Shown: positions 23,901 to 32,975 of the stretch, piece by piece
How the letters are laid out: the number at the start of each line of letters is the position of its first letter
Numbering within the stretch: the first letter of the stretch is position 1
Assembly (NCBI GenBank): GCA_910587225.1
Contig: CAJULT010000003.1
Coordinates: forward strand, 13,855 to 77,854
DNA length: 64,000 nucleotides
Direction: 5' to 3'
Source of the DNA: an uncultured Christensenellaceae bacterium
GTDB taxonomy: Bacteria > Bacillota > Clostridia > Christensenellales > UBA1242
The notes under the pieces: model-generated
Seen by the model: the letters and a program-made list of their open reading frames with translations, nothing else
The model's database searches: none
What the model was told of the DNA's origin: nothing
Translations under genes and position numbers: made by a program

Positions 23901-26900
23901 TATCAATGCGCATGCTTGCTTGGCTCAATCCGCCCTTAATAGAAAGGATAACATAATGATAATAACCACTATCTATTAAATTAAGCCATGCATTGCCATT
24001 TTTATCAGGGCTTAAATCTTTAGGCTTTTCAGTCTCCTTTTCCTTGCGGTAACGCACTTGTGTAACATGCCCATGCGCATTCCAAGAAATAATTCCATTA
24101 TCAAGGGTGAGCGTGTTTTTAATATCAAGGTATACAATTTCAACTTTGTTACTCTTTCCGTTAAGGTTATATTCATTGCCAACAGTATAGATGCTAAGCA
24201 TATAACTGTTTCCGCCAAAGTCTATGCACTTGTCTTGCTTACCATCATTATATGCGTGTGTTTTGAGATCTCGCATATTAAGTGTGAGTGAAAGCACTTT
24301 CCCGTCTTGTATATTTTGTGCAAGTTCTATTGGTTCGTTGAACACATGCCTATTATATATGATTCTACCTTTATTATCTTTATCTTGGATGAGGAAGCTA
24401 GTAATCAGATATTTATCATCCACCTTTTCCACGTTAAAGCAGTATAAGCTATTTTCCCCCTTCAAATGAAGTGTATATAAGTTCGCTGAAACGCGCTTGC
24501 CATTTTCCATAATATCAGTTAGAGTAAATGTCACATAATAATTATTTCTTGAATCTTTAGTATCACTTGAAAGAGTAATTGCCGGCGCTGACGGAAGATA
24601 AACATCATGGCCAAACACTTCCTTTCCATTAATTGTTAACGAGTTTGCCAGGGATTGATTTGAACTTACATTGTTATACCCCGTATATACAGTCTGCATT
24701 GCGGTAATCTTATAACTTCCAGCTGGAATCTGTTTACCAAAATCGTCAAACAATATTTCGTTATTTGCTATACCATTTGAATTCATCATTGCATTCAGAA
24801 TATTCATTACCTGATTCCAGTATGGTATCGTTCCATTTCCATCTAGTGCCGACATTAGCGCCTCTAAGCAATTTGTATCAGTGCCACTACTTGCCGATTG
24901 GAATGTCAAGGTAGAAAGGTCTGGCATAAGCTGTGCTGCATTTACTGTTGCAGTGTAAGTACCATTGCCCTCCGAACTAGTAAATGTGAGTTTAATTAGT
25001 GAGTATTCTATACTTCTCCCTGAGAAACTAAATGGGCTAGAGAAGTTGGTATTTCCGACCATGCTGTAGAAATTGGTAGTTCCATAAGAAGTTTTAATTG
25101 CGTTAAAGAAATCGCTGTTAATTACATCCTCGCGGCTAAACATTAGGTGTCCATTCTCTACTGTTAAAGTTGCTGGAGTTGCATACTTGGTTGTAAGGAA
25201 TTCGGTAGTTGGCTCTGACGCCAAGACAAGAGTATCATTAGAAACTGACACAACTTGAATGGAATAACTAAGCCCCGGAATAAGCTTATCATAAAGGTCG
25301 ATATTGGCTGCAGTAACATACTCATAACCTCTATCTACTTTCTCGTCATTTTCTGTGGTTGTGAAGTAAACATAATAGCCTGTTGCGTCGGTTGCTGACC
25401 ATGACAGTATGTTATTAGATAGGCGAAGATTATTAGTCTTATCTAATTTTCTAATCGTAAAGTTTGAATAAGACTGCATCCAAGTATCATCTTTAAAAGT
25501 GGTCTTTTCTACTTTTATTTGAGCGTCACATGCACCAATTGATTTAAAGAAATCGTTTACATTAATTGCATAACATTCTCTGTCAGCCTTAGTTTTTCGT
25601 ATTGTGTCAAAGTGATAACCATTTTCATCTTCAATCCAAAAACCATGCAGGCTAGATGGCTGAAAGCTTTGTTCATAATGTCCCTTTGTGCCATTAATAA
25701 GCACAGTATCGGCTGTTATTTTAATTCCTCTTGCGTTAGCGTCATAACCAATCACAATGTAGTCATCAGCCATATCTTTGCCACGCAAGTATTGCATTGT
25801 CTTATCTAAAGATGAAGTGTAATTAAATTTAAACTCTTTCAAAGGAGAATTTACATTTCCAACTTTAGCAACGCCTAATTTGAAACTTACACTTCCACTT
25901 ACGTTTATTTCAAATAAGCTTATAAATTCGCCCATTGAGTAAGTACGTACTCCATTTTCCTTTTTATCTGGAGTAAACTGTTTACTTTCATTATTGTAAG
26001 TTGCCCAGAATTCAAGTTCACCTTGTGTTTCTTGCTCTTCATAGAGGGTTATTTCAACTGTTCCATAATCGTTAATCTGAATGTCTGAAATACCTTTAAG
26101 TCTATAACCTTCCTTAATAGACACTATATCTCTTGATGCAAGTTTTTTGTCTGTACTGTCATAACCTATTACGCCGATATCATACATACCGCTTAAATCG
26201 CCAAACTTTTCACTTAAGTCAATAGTGGGCGAATCGGATGAGTCGTAAATTGTATGTCCACCGATTGTAATTTCGTAGAAGAATTCTTTTATAGCTGCGG
26301 CTGCATCAATAGTCAAGATTGCATCTGCTGATAAAGAAAGTCCATTTATATTTTCAAGTCTTTCAATAGTAACAAAACTATCATTTGATTTAATAGCATT
26401 TGTAGCCGCAACTTCAAACTTAACCTCAGTTTCAAGCTCTGTAAAGAAGGTTTTATCAAGGGTGAGAATGTATTTGCTGCCAACTTTTTCAAAGGTGTAG
26501 CCTGTTCCGCTTGCGCCAGCGTCAGTAAGTGCTACAAGTTTAGTGCCGCCAATTTCAACCTCAAAGGTAACTCCACTAAATGAGCTCCAATTGTCTAAGA
26601 TTTCAAATTTAACGCTTGCGTTACTTTTTCTAAGTGTTTCTCTCGAAGTTGTATCATCTTCAACTATAACTATGTTAACATCTTCAACTGCTTGAAGTTT
26701 TGATAGGCTTAACTGCTTGTCGCTTTGCGCCACTCCGTAATACCCAGTTCCGCTTGACAGTTGATAGTTTGCAATTTCTGTTATTATCTGAACCTCATAG
26801 TCACCTTCTCCAAGCCCGTAAAGAACCTGCGATGAAAGCAATAACTGCGTTTCTTGAATACCCGAAATTTTATCTACTTGAATATTGCCATTGTATATAA

Positions 26901-29900
26901 TGACACTATAAGTTAATCCCTCTCCGTTAAAGTCATCGGCAACATTATTCCATGTGATTTTATCTCCAGCAAGGCTAGGTGTAATAGTTTGATCTGCAAG
27001 ATCTTTAAAAGTAAAGCTTGCCAATTGGCTATCAAGATAATAATATTCTACTTCCTGTTGTACAATTTTTGTCACGCTTATAAGCTGCAAATTTACTTGC
27101 TCACCTAGATCAGCAACATTGAAAGATAAGAAACCGTTCACCTTATCAAATCCACTAGCCTCGTTGCCGTTTATGAGAACTTTGTCTATCTGGTTTGGAT
27201 TAGAAATTGTTATGCTTGCGTCTCCTGCTTGATTTACATTAAGTGAAGAAATAGGTGCAAGCTGAGAAACGATAATCACGTTTGAAGACGCAGACGAAAG
27301 ATAATGTGGATTGTTTGCAATTACCATGACTGTTCTAGGTCTAGTGAAATCAATATCTAGTTTATAAGAAACCATTCTCTTGCCACCAGTTTCAGTAACT
27401 GCAGAATAATCTTCTCTTACAACTTCGCCGTCAACATAAATTGTATAAGTTGTATTACCAAGGCTTCCAACTGCCTCCCAGTTGAGAGTTCTATCCTCTT
27501 TAGAGAAAGAAATTTGTGCCGAAACTAGGCTTTCAAGTGTAAGCTGGCTTTGTCCGTCTAAGGTATGCCCTTCAAGAGAAGGAAGATAATATGTATTTCC
27601 CTCGCTCTCATTTTTGTATGCCTTGATTTGAACTTTAACCGATACGCACTGCTCATAAGCTGAGGCGAACTCACTATCTTTTTCTAGCTGAGATTGAATG
27701 TACCCGTCTAAATCAAAAGTCTTAGCATCAAGATAGCGTTGAACCACATAGTTGCTCTCTCTTCCAACAACGGTTAATATTAAGCTGTAATTGTGTGTTA
27801 ATCCCGAGTAGCCATCTGTTGATTCATTAGGATCTACAAAGGTTAAAATGCCATTTTGATATTCAATGTTCGTCGGGCGAAGAAGTCTTTTGAAATTGTA
27901 GGAAAGCTGATCGCTATCTATATAGTAATTGTTGTCTTGGTCTGGCTTGGCTATGTAGGTTATCGAAAGCGAGAAATCGCTTGTAAAGCCCAGAAGAGAT
28001 AGTTTGCCGCCATTAAGCTCTAACTCTTGCCCATCCTTTTGTACCAATATTTTTAAAGCTTGTGAGTTTGCACTTACGCTGAGCACTTCATTTTTATCAA
28101 TCGTAATTTTAGGAGTTGCAAGTTTAGTAGCAACAATTTCACTTGCTGGCGACTTGGTGTGAATTTGCGCTTCTGCGTCAGATGCTACCGCCTCGACAGA
28201 AATGTTATAATCGCCCGCGCCTTTAAGCTGCCCGCCGATTGTGAAATCATAAGTTTTTTGTATGTTTCCATCTCTGTAAACATTGGCAACCTCTCTGCCA
28301 TCAATTTTGATAACATATTTGTATGTAAATTCATCCTCTGATTCGATAGTTAAAATTTTGCTGTCGCTATCAAATGAAAGGGTTGGCGCTGTCAGCGCTT
28401 TTGTAACAAAGTAAGGACCATCGCTAGGCAAATATTCAAAATAGCTATCCCCATCCACAAAATCGGCATCCAAATAGTTGTTGATTCCGCTTTCGGTCGC
28501 TCTGGTATAAATTTTTATGTAATAATAGCCAAAGTCGAGCTTTTCTTTGATTTTGGTATCTTGGGTAACTTCATGCGCTACAAGCTCTCCTAGTGTTCCG
28601 CCCTTAACAAAGTCTTTGTCAACTTTATAAATGTAATATTCATATTCACATTCCCCGCTTACACCTTCCCAAGCAAATAAGCCATTTTCTTGGTTTGCTG
28701 CCGCTTTAGAAACTGCATCTAGTATGGTTAAGGTTTTATTAACCCTAACTTCATTTGCCGCTCCATCCTTGCGATAAGCGGTAAGTGTAAGATTGTAAAC
28801 CTTTCCGTTCGGCTGACCAAGCCTGCCGATGTTAATTTGACCTTTTTCATCAGGCACAACCTCAGTTGTTTCGCCGTTGATTGTCAGTTTGTATTCTGCA
28901 TTTTCATCTTTTGCAAAAGTCAAAATGCTGTTGCCATCCGAGTCAAGACTATGGATAAGACTAGAAATAGTATCAAATAAATAGTACTGCCTTTTCTCAA
29001 CACGAGAGTTGAGAACTCTTGCCTGACCGTCAAGCTCCTTTAAAATATCATCATTTACAAAACAAGGAAGACTTGTCACATTTAGCGCCTGCTCACCTTT
29101 CTTGCCATCTAAGTCTAGCGGTAAGGATATGTGATTTCCCGATTTTGCAGTATTTAAGTATGCGGTCAGTCCGCCATATTCAATCTTATAATTTTCGCCA
29201 TATGAAGAAGGAATAAAGTCTATTTCAAGTTTTCCACTCTGTACACGATAGGTAAACTCTGGTTTTGGCAAAATCGCAAACACCTTAGTTGTCGCTCTGC
29301 TTTTGCTATAAAAATTGTCTTTGTAATAACCACCTTTCGCGCGAACATAGAATTCATAAGTGCCATAATCAAGTTCTGCAATATCCTCAATTTCAATTAT
29401 GCCGCTGTCGCCAGTTTTAAGGTTGACATACTTTACTAAATAACCAGTATTAGACTTGCTCCATGCCAGCTGTCCTGATGGAACGCCTACTGCGACTTCA
29501 TCTAGATTGTAATTGAACTCCACCGCACTAGGTTTTGTAACTGTTATGCTTTGGTAAGATGAGAACTTTTCTTTGGTAGGGTCAAATGCTTCTAGTTTAA
29601 TTTCAACTGACTGCCCGTCACCATAATTGGCGAAATCAAGGTCGACGCTATCGCCATTAAAGTTTGAATAAATTTCAACTCCGCCCACGCTAACTTTGTA
29701 TCTTGCCAAAGGATCTTTATCCCAACTGAGTGAAACGAGATTGTTGTCAAAATCTTCATCAACTGAGGCGTTAAAATTTGAGATTCTTTCCATTGCATAG
29801 TAACTTTCAAAAATGGTTATCTGCTTTGACGAATCAACATACTTGTTTCCGTTTGCCACAATGCTGATTTCCATTTCACCTTCGTGAGGAAGCTGAAATT

Positions 29901-30414
29901 GAATGGTAGTATCTTGCGGTCTTGATGGGGTTACTTCGGTTTGCTGGTTGTCGCAAATGACGGTATAGCTTGTCGGTCTTGTAATCTGATTTTCACCGGC
30001 CTCGTTTTCCACATACACAAATGGCGCATCCCAGTTTAAAAGGCCTCCTTCGCTAACCACAAAATTGGTTGGAGCATCAAAGACATGCTTTACTATAATC
30101 GGAGCGCTTGCCAAAGTCGAACCATTGTATTTAACTTGTACAAGCCCACGCCCACTTTGAACCCCCGCATAGCCGCCGTCTACTGATTTAAAAAGTTCAG
30201 GTTTAGTCACGCTAAAAGTCACATCTTCCTTTTTCACGTTTTTAAGACTGACGTAATCAAAAAAGTCTATTACCTCCTCGCTGACTTCATATTTGGAGAT
30301 AATAAATTCATCCTTTAAAAATTTTGCACTTGCGCTGCTGCCCTTTGTGCAGGCTGATAAAGTAAGGGTAAAAAGAAAGAGTGCCGCGGCAGCAAAAAAT
30401 ATTCTTCTTTTCAT
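20953..30414 (-). CDS. Giant surface lipoprotein (3,153 aa): many Ig/FN3-like modules plus C-terminal GLUG-like beta-helix
   Basis: Lipobox LTLSAC. Module boundaries recur with motifs such as LNWDAP, LSWDKD, LAWSKS, FAWEGV, LNWEAV, ITWNNV, LSWSAT, ISWNAH and VSWDEA. The C-terminal roughly 450 aa has repeated GG(L/F)V..N.G.I..C.N motifs. SD GAAGGA. Confidence 0.9.
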   Translation of the reverse strand: MKRRIFFAAAALFLFTLTLSACTKGSSASAKFLKDEFIISKYEVSEEVIDFFDYVSLKNVKKEDVTFSVTKPELFKSVDGGYAGVQSGRGLVQVKYNGSTLASAPIIVKHVFDAPTNFVVSEGGLLNWDAPFVYVENEAGENQITRPTSYTVICDNQQTEVTPSRPQDTTIQFQLPHEGEMEISIVANGNKYVDSSKQITIFESYYAMERISNFNASVDEDFDNNLVSLSWDKDPLARYKVSVGGVEIYSNFNGDSVDLDFANYGDGQSVEIKLEAFDPTKEKFSSYQSITVTKPSAVEFNYNLDEVAVGVPSGQLAWSKSNTGYLVKYVNLKTGDSGIIEIEDIAELDYGTYEFYVRAKGGYYKDNFYSKSRATTKVFAILPKPEFTYRVQSGKLEIDFIPSSYGENYKIEYGGLTAYLNTAKSGNHISLPLDLDGKKGEQALNVTSLPCFVNDDILKELDGQARVLNSRVEKRQYYLFDTISSLIHSLDSDGNSILTFAKDENAEYKLTINGETTEVVPDEKGQINIGRLGQPNGKVYNLTLTAYRKDGAANEVRVNKTLTILDAVSKAAANQENGLFAWEGVSGECEYEYYIYKVDKDFVKGGTLGELVAHEVTQDTKIKEKLDFGYYYIKIYTRATESGINNYLDADFVDGDSYFEYLPSDGPYFVTKALTAPTLSFDSDSKILTIESEDEFTYKYVIKIDGREVANVYRDGNIQKTYDFTIGGQLKGAGDYNISVEAVASDAEAQIHTKSPASEIVATKLATPKITIDKNEVLSVSANSQALKILVQKDGQELELNGGKLSLLGFTSDFSLSITYIAKPDQDNNYYIDSDQLSYNFKRLLRPTNIEYQNGILTFVDPNESTDGYSGLTHNYSLILTVVGRESNYVVQRYLDAKTFDLDGYIQSQLEKDSEFASAYEQCVSVKVQIKAYKNESEGNTYYLPSLEGHTLDGQSQLTLESLVSAQISFSKEDRTLNWEAVGSLGNTTYTIYVDGEVVREDYSAVTETGGKRMVSYKLDIDFTRPRTVMVIANNPHYLSSASSNVIIVSQLAPISSLNVNQAGDASITISNPNQIDKVLINGNEASGFDKVNGFLSFNVADLGEQVNLQLISVTKIVQQEVEYYYLDSQLASFTFKDLADQTITPSLAGDKITWNNVADDFNGEGLTYSVIIYNGNIQVDKISGIQETQLLLSSQVLYGLGEGDYEVQIITEIANYQLSSGTGYYGVAQSDKQLSLSKLQAVEDVNIVIVEDDTTSRETLRKSNASVKFEILDNWSSFSGVTFEVEIGGTKLVALTDAGASGTGYTFEKVGSKYILTLDKTFFTELETEVKFEVAATNAIKSNDSFVTIERLENINGLSLSADAILTIDAAAAIKEFFYEITIGGHTIYDSSDSPTIDLSEKFGDLSGMYDIGVIGYDSTDKKLASRDIVSIKEGYRLKGISDIQINDYGTVEITLYEEQETQGELEFWATYNNESKQFTPDKKENGVRTYSMGEFISLFEINVSGSVSFKLGVAKVGNVNSPLKEFKFNYTSSLDKTMQYLRGKDMADDYIVIGYDANARGIKITADTVLINGTKGHYEQSFQPSSLHGFWIEDENGYHFDTIRKTKADRECYAINVNDFFKSIGACDAQIKVEKTTFKDDTWMQSYSNFTIRKLDKTNNLRLSNNILSWSATDATGYYVYFTTTENDEKVDRGYEYVTAANIDLYDKLIPGLSYSIQVVSVSNDTLVLASEPTTEFLTTKYATPATLTVENGHLMFSREDVINSDFFNAIKTSYGTTNFYSMVGNTNFSSPFSFSGRSIEYSLIKLTFTSSEGNGTYTATVNAAQLMPDLSTLTFQSASSGTDTNCLEALMSALDGNGTIPYWNQVMNILNAMMNSNGIANNEILFDDFGKQIPAGSYKITAMQTVYTGYNNVSSNQSLANSLTINGKEVFGHDVYLPSAPAITLSSDTKDSRNNYYVTFTLTDIMENGKRVSANLYTLHLKGENSLYCFNVEKVDDKYLITSFLIQDKDNKGRIIYNRHVFNEPIELAQNIQDGKVLSLTLNMRDLKTHAYNDGKQDKCIDFGGNSYMLSIYTVGNEYNLNGKSNKVEIVYLDIKNTLTLDNGIISWNAHGHVTQVRYRKEKETEKPKDLSPDKNGNAWLNLIDSGYYHYVILSIKGGLSQASMRIDSDNILIQNIYKNKNVEVSAAGNKFTIKANQLDLDYGDDYRFKVSNDKADGDSYISPSMNKVKTMTYVAGGTAEDADYRKTETTATEFYISSIGTQVREDASTTLLPNGIKLTISGEELTLNVDQEATFTKVMAGEKPYIILSSAVETVPAAMLKLSGAVTLNNGIVSWDEATNAASVNGQIVYEVTVEHDNSKNVQDSSTAEVTEKFLTTKAELDTAQIVSRFPNAEYKFKVRALAVPTGTALTEEAINSAVCRYENGSYVLASSYIESKAITKTASPTNVTVNNQGVIVWDYDTTANTKFGFVDEKGNIIEGEQNGNTFEAIGLEYSPNPYRIKMYACESDQIKSDLVAVKFGESQEVYKAPSVTGDDFDMIETDEGYTIDITKLLENKQILRSTEYYNVKLQVIAFYNKDGEEITLTSDFVESYDKNSKQHSNFKLVFRGDKITNEGTTIYIPEGYTSLKLIFDVMPSQSYQTFMVIKGNTEDFTLPAPSWQEEATVSWSTEEYRFNWTPWEGEKKEGDIPGYKVKVTYGKCDDDGNFIYDDNGKIIEIIETSETTNNFYQPRRMGKIISAQVYVRKNANSLYSKEPISWTAPDGYIEYKLFEAGDGTVDNPYLIASEEQFNNMAVRNLAEYHFKQTENLEFDVNGFAFNGTFYGQYDANGQTITVNLSSAISIIVNDKEVSENLTFYSEIDKTGQITINYTKLAALFKEIGKGGSIKKLKLNVNYNLSVEGNLLAGGLALKNYGNISNVTITGQSMNMSVSGARDVAIGGLVAVNSGIIDSCVNEGSIQIRPSSNYNLSFGGFVVSNMGGGRIIHCENRANINIQSARANYYYRVAGIAINNIGSSSRIVESGNNGKILASGGAATYYLAGIVVRNYDGLLSYNYNNIAPECTSTNGKVYLGGIAYILIAGRINGNVEASGIKFAGDATRSPSGSNNLCYSGQGISGLTNTISERTISCGDGHSLVITKTGESYKVELK

Positions 30415-30652
30415 TTGTTTCCTTCTAACCTTATTTTACACTTTTAATTATTTTTTATCAAATAAATTTATTATAATATAAAATATTTTTAAATAAATAA
30501 AAGCCAAAATTTAATTCGGCTTTATTTAGTAATTTCGTTTTTTAATAATTAAATTTGCTACTTTCCTTTGTTTTTAAAGTGAAAAAATATATTAAATTCT
30601 AATTTTTTTCATATTTTTTTCTAATTTATTAATAATTTTTAATATTTTTTTG

Positions 30653-31480
30653 TTAATTATCTATTTTTAACCAACTAGGATATTTTTCAAAAATTTTATT
30701 TTCCAAATATTTGAGCGGCTCATCTAATTTTTTAAAACGCAAACTTACCGCATGCAACTTTTGGTATTTTTCTTTAAATTTCTTATTGTCTTCACCTCGT
30801 CCATACTTACCATCTCCAATTATTGGGTGTCCTAAATGGGCAAGGTGCGCTCTTATTTGGTGTGTTTTACCCGTACCTAAAACACACTCTACAATGCTAG
30901 ATGATGGGTTTGACTTTATCGTTTTAAATGTTGTTACAATCTCTTCATAACCTTTCCTAGGCTTATCACATACCTCGCAGTATGCCTTTTCAGAGTCCTT
31001 TTTAAGATAAGCTGTGTAAGCTTCCCCCTTGAAATTTGTCGAGCCAAACACCTCGGCAATATATTTCTTTTCAACTGTTCGCTCTTTAAACGCCTTTAAA
31101 AGTGCATTTTCGGCATTCTTGTTTTTTGACATAATCATAATGCCCGAAGTGTTTCGATCAAGTCTATGCACCGCCTTAAATCCGGTTAACTTTTCAAGGC
31201 TGTTTTCGCCCTGCACCTCAATGCCCGCCCGCTTATCAAGTACAAGCACATTGTCATCTTCATAAACTTTATCAAATCGCTCATCAAAAGATTCTTCGGC
31301 GTAATAAATGGTAATTTCGCTACCCGCTATAATATCAATATTTTCTCTTGTACGAGTTCCGTCAACGATTGCATCTTTATTGCGAAGTATTTTGTTTGCA
31401 TAATTGTATGAAAAACCCTGCTCCGCAATAAGCGCTGCAAGCTTCCCGTTTTTCTCGACTACAAAAGTTTTCTTTTTCAT
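30653..31480 (-). CDS. RluA-family pseudouridine synthase
   Basis: 275 aa. Catalytic HRLDRNTSG motif and GKTHQIRAH motif, with an S4-like N-terminus. Confidence 0.9.
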   Translation of the reverse strand: MKKKTFVVEKNGKLAALIAEQGFSYNYANKILRNKDAIVDGTRTRENIDIIAGSEITIYYAEESFDERFDKVYEDDNVLVLDKRAGIEVQGENSLEKLTGFKAVHRLDRNTSGIMIMSKNKNAENALLKAFKERTVEKKYIAEVFGSTNFKGEAYTAYLKKDSEKAYCEVCDKPRKGYEEIVTTFKTIKSNPSSSIVECVLGTGKTHQIRAHLAHLGHPIIGDGKYGRGEDNKKFKEKYQKLHAVSLRFKKLDEPLKYLENKIFEKYPSWLKIDN

Positions 31481-31561
31481 AGTTTTATTTTACAATAAAT
31501 TTAACCAAAAAACTATCATTTTTAAAGCAAATTTTGAATATTTTACTGTAAGGAGCAATTT

Positions 31562-31816
31562 ATGAACGAAAGTATTTTTATTGAGAACGATAACTCTATG
31601 ACTATTAAAGGCGCAAAAAAGGTGGTTTCCTCTACCCAAAATCAAGCTGTTGTCATGACAGGTTTAAACACGCTTGTAATAAGCGGATCGAACATAGAAG
31701 TAAAAAAATTAGACCTTGAAGGCGGAGAGGTTTGCCTTTCGGGTAAGTTTACCAATGTAAAAATTAGTACGGCAAGCGCGGGCAAAACTCCTCTTCTTAA
31801 AAGGATATTTAAGTAA
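31562..31816 (+). CDS. yabP: Sporulation protein YabP
   Basis: 84 aa. The YabP-like pattern (..MTIKGAKKVVSSTQ...LVISGSNIEVKKLDLEGGEVCLSG) is followed by a yabQ-like gene with a TAATG overlap. Confidence 0.8.
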   Translation: MNESIFIENDNSMTIKGAKKVVSSTQNQAVVMTGLNTLVISGSNIEVKKLDLEGGEVCLSGKFTNVKISTASAGKTPLLKRIFK

Positions 31817-32175
31817 TGCTCTATGAAACCCTTGCTCAGCCTCAAATCATATTCGCAATACTAGGCTGCTCAGTCGCTGGCAGCCTTCTTTTTGACCTTG
31901 CAAATGGGCTTACCTACCTATGCAACAACAATAAAATTGTAAGACAAGTTTTTTACTTTTTAGCTATGGCAGGCTCTCTTATCGGACTTTTTTATACCAA
32001 CCTTGCAGTAAACTTTGGCAGATCACGAATATATGTTCTCTGCATTTTCTTTGCAATTCTACTTTTAGAACAATTTACATTAGGAAAATTGTGGACAAAA
32101 CTTATAAAAAAGTGGTACAATAGGACAAAGGAGAGAAGGGCGCAAAATGGAAAAAGAAAACAGCGGCAAGCTTAA
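31816..32175 (+). CDS. yabQ: Spore cortex biosynthesis protein YabQ-like membrane protein
   Basis: 119 aa with three hydrophobic helices, in the conserved position after yabP. Confidence 0.7.
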   Translation: MLYETLAQPQIIFAILGCSVAGSLLFDLANGLTYLCNNNKIVRQVFYFLAMAGSLIGLFYTNLAVNFGRSRIYVLCIFFAILLLEQFTLGKLWTKLIKKWYNRTKERRAQNGKRKQRQA

Positions 32176-32326
32176 AAAAATTCTATACATCTTTTTGCTT
32201 GTTGCAGTAGTTGCAATCGCGATTGTAAGCACCATAGTGCTTAATATCAAAAAACGAGAACGCGACGATCTACAAGATAAAAACGACCAAATCCCTATCA
32301 TAACAATGAATTTAGAAAATTTTTGA
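32147..32326 (+). CDS. Small single-TM protein (59 aa), in the position of a DivIC/FtsB-like gene
   Basis: Hand-translated as MEKENSGKLKKILYIFLLVAVVAIAIVSTIVLNIKKRERDDLQDK... It falls below the track's 60-aa cutoff. SD AAGGAGAG is upstream, and it overlaps the yabQ 3' end. Confidence 0.4.
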   Translation: MEKENSGKLKKILYIFLLVAVVAIAIVSTIVLNIKKRERDDLQDKNDQIPIITMNLENF

Positions 32327-32343
32327 TTTTTGCCCTAAAATTA

Positions 32344-32372
32344 TTGACAAGCGCTGTTTAATTTGTTATTAT
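32344..32372 (+). promoter_or_regulatory. Promoter of the tRNA-Asn transcription unit
   Basis: TTGACA (32344-32349), 17-nt spacer, TGtTATTAT (32364-32372). Confidence 0.6.
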
Positions 32373-32397
32373 TAAGTGCAACAATTAAATGTTGTAT

Positions 32398-32502
32398 GCC
32401 TCAGTAGCTCAGTGGTGGGCAAGAGGCTGAACGCCAAGACCGCAAGGTCTGCGTACGGAGCAGAGCGGAGTTAAACCGATGAGGTTAACAGCCGAGTGCT
32501 CC
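32398..32502 (+). other. tRNA-Asn-derived leader: partial tRNA copy with a 38-nt insert, followed by a 20-nt perfect antisense copy of the tRNA body
   Basis: 32398-32418 is identical to tRNA-Asn positions 1-21. 32419-32456 is an insert carrying a GNRA hairpin (ACGC-ca-AGACC-GCAA-GGTCT-GCGT, 32431-32454). 32457-32482 is a degenerate D/anticodon-arm copy. 32483-32502 is the exact reverse complement of 32537-32556. Confidence 0.8.
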
Positions 32503-32517
32503 ATTAATTAAACTTGT

Positions 32518-32592
32518 GCCTCAGTAGCTCAGTGGTGGAGCACTCGGCTGTTAACCGATAGGCCGTAGGTTCGAATCCTACCTGAGGCGCCA
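32518..32592 (+). tRNA. tRNA-Asn (anticodon GTT)
   Basis: 75-nt cloverleaf. Acceptor GCCTCAG/CTGAGGC; D-arm GCTC-AGTGGTG-GAGC; anticodon loop CTGTTAA; T-arm GTAGG-TTCGAAT-CCTAC; encoded CCA. Confidence 0.9.
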
Positions 32593-32596
32593 AAAT

Positions 32597-32631
32597 AATC
32601 TTCCGTGAAAACTTTTCATGGAAGATTTTTA
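32597..32631 (+). terminator. Terminator after tRNA-Asn
   Basis: Long hairpin AATCTTCCGTGAAAA / TTTTCATGGAAGATT followed by a T-run. Confidence 0.75.
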
Positions 32632-32652
32632 TTCAACAGGAGAAGGTCGGTT

Positions 32653-32946
32653 ATGGAAACACTAGGCAATATTTTACTTATAATTGTATCTATTTGCACA
32701 TTTTTATCTTACTTTCCGCAAATTATCAAATGCTTGAAAACTAAAAAGGGTGAAGATTTAAGTATATGGTCTTGGGTTTTGTGGGTTGTAAGTTCATTGG
32801 CTTACACTCTTTACGCAATTTTATGTCAAGATACTGTTATGTTGATAGTAGAAACCTCTCTTGAATTATTGTTCTGTGTAATAATTCTTATTTGCGCAAT
32901 TGTTTTTAGAAAAAAGAAAAATGTTAAAATAGAAAGAGAGGCATAA
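32653..32946 (+). CDS. SemiSWEET / PQ-loop family membrane protein
   Basis: About 97 aa counted from METLGN (SD AGGAGAAGG). Three TM helices with an FPQ motif (LSYFPQIIKCLK). Confidence 0.75.
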   Translation: METLGNILLIIVSICTFLSYFPQIIKCLKTKKGEDLSIWSWVLWVVSSLAYTLYAILCQDTVMLIVETSLELLFCVIILICAIVFRKKKNVKIEREA

Positions 32947-32975
32947 TCCCCTACTATTTGGTCAATCATTAAAAT

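Noticed and set aside
32457-32482. Reading the degenerate tRNA copy as an ochre-suppressor tRNA (its anticodon-loop register gives TTA)
   Set aside because: It has no T-arm or 3' acceptor strand of its own, G instead of U at position 33, and a 38-nt D-loop insert. The in-frame stops seen in this window are TGA and TAG, not TAA.
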